NCBI GenBank assembly: GCA_000934665.2
Contig: JYFJ02002632.1
Span: 1 to 53,534 of the forward strand
Origin: Catajapyx aquilonaris
Taxonomy: Eukaryota
Direction: 5' to 3'
DNA: 53,534 bases
The notes under the pieces were generated by a model. It worked only from the letters and a program-made list of their open reading frames with translations. It did no database searches and was not told the DNA's origin. Within the stretch, counting starts at the first letter, position 1; every line of letters starts with the position of its first letter. Positions 1 through 53,534 of this stretch are shown piece after piece. The position numbers were made by a program, and so were the translations under genes.

Positions 1-455
1 TTATGAAGACTTCCCAGATCGTCACACGAATAAATTTTTGAGCTTGCTAGATTTCAGAGGCCGGGACTCTATGTCATTAATACAGTAATTTGTACAGACT
101 CGAACAAAAGTTTTTAAAGAAAGGAAGGCATTTTTTACGGATCGGGCTTGCCTGTGGAGGACACAGTGACGATTGTTGCACTGCTTGTTTGTTTGTTTTA
201 ATTCTGCTGATAGCTCCGACAGTCTGGCCTCTCATTGCCTTCAGCCCAACTGTGCATAACCTGCAGTTGTTCCATGAAATGCCATTTGAGGCGAAAAATT
301 TGTCTAATAGATTGAACATTTTGGCCCTGTTGTGTTCAAGGCCAGGTGGACAAGTGAACTTTTGTTTTTTTGAAAGTGTCCTGTTATTCTCAAAGCCCTT
401 TGCGGAGCTTCGCGGAGCCCCAAGGGCTCCGCGGAGCACAGTTTGGGAACCACTA
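1..455 (-). mobile_element. Degenerate, internally deleted hAT (Charlie/Buster-type) DNA transposon fragment
   Basis: Minus-strand frameshifted peptides FNLLDKFFASNGISWNNC..CT.G.KAM.G...GAISRIK, HCVLHRQA (CxxH motif) and SRPLKS resemble Buster/ZBED-type transposase. The right end reads cagtttgggaaccacta (about 439-455), the reverse complement of a Charlie-type terminus (CAGTGGTTCCCAAAC). Confidence 0.8.
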
Positions 456-1844
456 GCCTAATGATACCTTCCCACATTGCATATGAAAACATCTGAATGA
501 TTAATAATAATCAAGAGAGTCTAGTCATGCAAGCATGTTGTTATAAGTAAGGCCTATAATTATGTTCACTTTCGTAGCTGTAGGCTAATTACAAAAGAAC
601 TTTTTGAATGTTACCGGTACATTAATTTTTGGATTTAATTAAACTTCCTTTAATAGCTATATCATGTGGTGGAAATTTCACCCAGGACCACTCCTGGTGC
701 AGTGTCAGTTTTTCAGTAAAAATGTGGTATAGCATTAAACTTTTCCTTCTCTATAAAATGTTAAATAATGGCACTGTATTTATACACATGGTTGAGCAAT
801 TTATTCATTTTCCGAACGTCGCGTACGCACACAAGTCTTCTTGACTCGGGAAGAAAAGGAGCGTCTTTGACATCTTCATCGATACTAATGTAAACTTAAT
901 AATGAAACACGCGGTATGTGCAAAAATCGTAGAGTAATACTTATTTTGGTTAAAATAAGTTAATGTGGTCTGTTTCATTACATTATTTGTCTAGACTTTT
1001 TATCGATTGAGTGTTCCGTGGCTTTTCCTCACAATGCTGGCAAACTTCTCTATAGTGCATGACAGACTGAAATGAGTTACTCTATAGTACCTTCTGAGAA
1101 ATAATGACGCATTAGGCTTTCAAATAGAAACTTTCTACTTACTTATACAGTATGACTATGAGTATAACTGTGCCTGAAAGACTCAGTTACAATATAAATT
1201 TTTGATAATTCCCTGGAAGACCTGAAATGCAAAACGATCAAAGGCACATTCTTGTCAATATTGAGTTAGGCATTACGCACAGTGTATTATTATACTTCGA
1301 GAAGATTACTTGCTTCATGTTTCTCCAGAGCAATTATGGTTCCCTGAAGTAAATCCCTGCAGGGAAATAATGCCATAAGAAATTGTGCAAACATCAAACG
1401 TTAACCCTCACATCTCGAAATAATTCCCCTGTGACTGCGATACAGTTCCAAATTCGTACCTAAATTCCCGGCCTCCATTTGATGTACCTAGTAATATTGC
1501 GCAGTATTCCAGGAGTTAAAAGTGGATTAGGAGGAGAGCACTAGTGTTCTGCATACCCACTGGACCTGAACTCAAACTGAAAACAGTCGTCTGGGTCAAA
1601 ACTGCTGACTTTGAAATTTGCTCGCGAAATGGGATTTAGAAAGCACTTGACAACAAGCCATTCACATTCCAAAAAGCCAAAACAACCGCACTATTCGCAG
1701 CAAACGATCCTCATTAACCCCCATTCCATGAAAACAAGGCAACCCTCTTTTTTCCCCCTTGAAGGTCAAACTTCTGCTCCTGTAACTTTGGTGAAGTTGT
1801 GTACTAATTTTGATTGATGCTAACCTGCTTCTGTTCGTCCCCAG

Positions 1845-51278
<49,434 letters not shown>

Positions 51279-53200
51279 GTAGAAGAAGACGAAGATTTAA
51301 GAAGAAGAAGCACGTGCTGTTTGCCCACCTCAAAAATGACGCTGTACAGAACTCGAGCCGCCTTTTTAAGAACGAAGAAGATTTTAGTCATATTTTTTCA
51401 GCACTCAGGTTCCTCTCTTTCATTGAATCCATAAAACATAATAATTGATTCATTCATTCGCGCATAAAACTCACCCTTCCCCCCACCCACGGAGTCATTA
51501 TTCACACATTCATTCGGTTTGGCGTTTGTTCGTTCACGCATCACGTTTGTCGTAAGAAAACCATATCCCATTTGGTACTTATTAAAAATGCCTGATCGTA
51601 CTCCTCCAGCTTCCCCCACCCACTTCTCGCCTCCCTTACCCACCCAGAAAAGAAAAAAAAATGCTTACGTTTTTTGAGAGAAACAGTTTGTGGCCCGTGT
51701 TTGCTACTCGTCCTCGTCGTCGTTTGTCGTCGTCACCCTTCCCTTGGTTGGTTTTGTGGACGCGCCCAAGAGACGCTTTTTTGAACGCAGGCACTTTGAC
51801 CTTTGATCCATCCTGTTGAACCCCACCCAACCCCCTTGCACCCCCCCCCCCCAATAACCCTACCCTCTCCCTCCTTCACTAACCCCCCCTCCCCCTTTTG
51901 CACTCTTAGCTAGAAATATCTAACTACATACCTAAGTCTTGACTCTTGGCAGGTGAGACAACGAATCTCCAGTCTGTTTTTCTCCTATTCGATACGGACT
52001 CGACTGGTTTTTGCTGTACGTGTGTCTCCCCATTTCCTTCCCTCACTAACCACCCCACATTTTCCTCGCCTTCCCCCCCAATGTACGTCTCTCTCTTCTT
52101 TCGAGGGGCTGAATCATTGACTGTCTCAAAGTAGATTGAAAAAAAAAAAATCTTTAACCGTTGTTGTATGCTCAACTGCAGTGTTACATTCCAAGACGAC
52201 TGAGTGCTTGCTCACTCCATTGCTATTATTGCCTGCTCCTTATTGTTGCAAACTTGTCTTAATTTTTCGGCCCCACAGAGAGACGTATCTCGCATCCGCC
52301 CCGCCTCCTTGCCAAGCCCATCCAGCCCTGCAGTACAATATAGCATTAGTATACTGTACTGTATTTTTAACAGAAAAAAACACGTAATTAATAGTATACG
52401 TCCACGGAGCCTGCTTCAATCGACTCGCCTTTTTAAAAAATGCTATGTGTTAACTTCCGGGAGCGTGCTATGCTATTGAAGCGTTATAGCCGATCAGAAG
52501 ATGGGGACAATCATAGTTAAATTGACTTTAATTGTGATTGTCTCAATCTTTTTTTGTCGGGTATAGAGAGTACAGAGGGTGGCGGCAATAATAGAGTTTT
52601 TAAAAAAGAAGAAAAAAGAGAGTTCTGGTGTTTGCCATTCAGCAGGCTCTTTCAAGGGCTTATTTTGTGACCCGGGGCAGACAGATATATAAAAACAACA
52701 CTAATCGACCAACCAACCAACTACTCTTCTTGTTTCGTTTCCTCCTTCTGGCTCGTAACCCCGTCCAGTGTCCACAAACGTCTTCATTCCCTCCTTCCCC
52801 CTCCCTTATATTCTCTCTCTCTCCCCTCGCTATCTTTCTCTCTCAAACACACCCATTTCCTTTATCCTTTATCCACCCCACACATTCACCCACCCACACC
52901 CTCCAACCAACCACCCACCATTCCCCGGCGGCCTGTCCCAACTTGACCCTTTAGAGCAAGTTGACAGTGAGATGGACCTTCGACATAGTTCTCTAGTTCA
53001 GAGGGAAATAATAATAAGGTGCTTTCATTTTTGTAAAATACGAATAATAATAACGATATTAATGATGACATTATTAATACTATTAAAGAAGATGGTAAAT
53101 ATTATCCCGGAAGGTGCTTTCAGCGAGTGAGTCAAGAGTGCATGGCCTCTACTTGTACAGAGTTCTTTGAAAGTTATTAAATTTATTGCTTATGATGAGT
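51279..53200 (+). other. Probable long 3' UTR (end undefined)
   Basis: Non-coding, low-complexity sequence after the stop; only ATTAAA variants noticed (about 51581, 53083, 53177), no clear AATAAA. Confidence 0.35.
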
Positions 53201-53488
53201 TGCCTATGAGTATTCGATTCATTTATTCACGACAAATCCCAACCTACAGTATATATACGCATTTATTAGTAATTGCACACTAACTTATCCAAGCAGCTCC
53301 AGCGTAACAACATCTTGTGATGATGGTGGTGGTGTACTGCAGACGGAATACTTTGGGAACATACGCAGTTTCTTATTCTTTTTTGTTTCGTTTTTGACGA
53401 GTGTGAGAGTATATAGATGCTCTTCGTGTGTGGGAATCTATTGTTTTCTTTTAGTGGGCAATCCCCTTTTTAGGCATTTTGTAGCAGG

Positions 53489-53534
53489 TAGGGTGGCCAT
53501 TTCCAAATCTTCAGAAAGAAGGACGGCACAGCTG
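53489..53534 (+). mobile_element. Possible terminus of an hAT-type MITE
   Basis: tagggtggccatttcc..aggac resembles TAGGGTGACCA-type hAT ends; truncated by the window edge. Confidence 0.25.

Overview
Eukaryotic (animal, probably arthropod/chelicerate; the species cannot be determined from the sequence) genomic DNA occupied almost entirely by one plus-strand gene: an ether-a-go-go-related (ERG / KCNH2-like / Drosophila seizure-like) voltage-gated K+ channel. I can trace 21 coding exons from 1845 to the stop at 51276-51278, all GT-AG and phase-compatible (4463 nt, closing the frame with the 1 nt carried in from a first exon upstream of the window; about 1490 aa). They encode a PAS (eag) domain, a long low-complexity proximal N-terminus, S1-S6 with a GFG filter, C-linker/CNBHD, a C-terminal coiled coil and a terminal -SDV motif. 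The most interesting feature is the 25.4-kb intron (12640-38034) just before the [12 protein letters not shown] exon, the junction where human hERG1b splices in. It holds at least four, possibly five or six, unrelated ORFs ending in phase-0 splice donors, which looks like an array of alternative N-termini for PAS-less isoforms. Introns also contain a degenerate hAT (Charlie/Buster) transposon, probable decayed non-LTR retroelement fragments, a nested MITE/direct-repeat structure, a perfect 38-bp hairpin and microsatellites. All isoform claims are sequence inferences that need transcript data.
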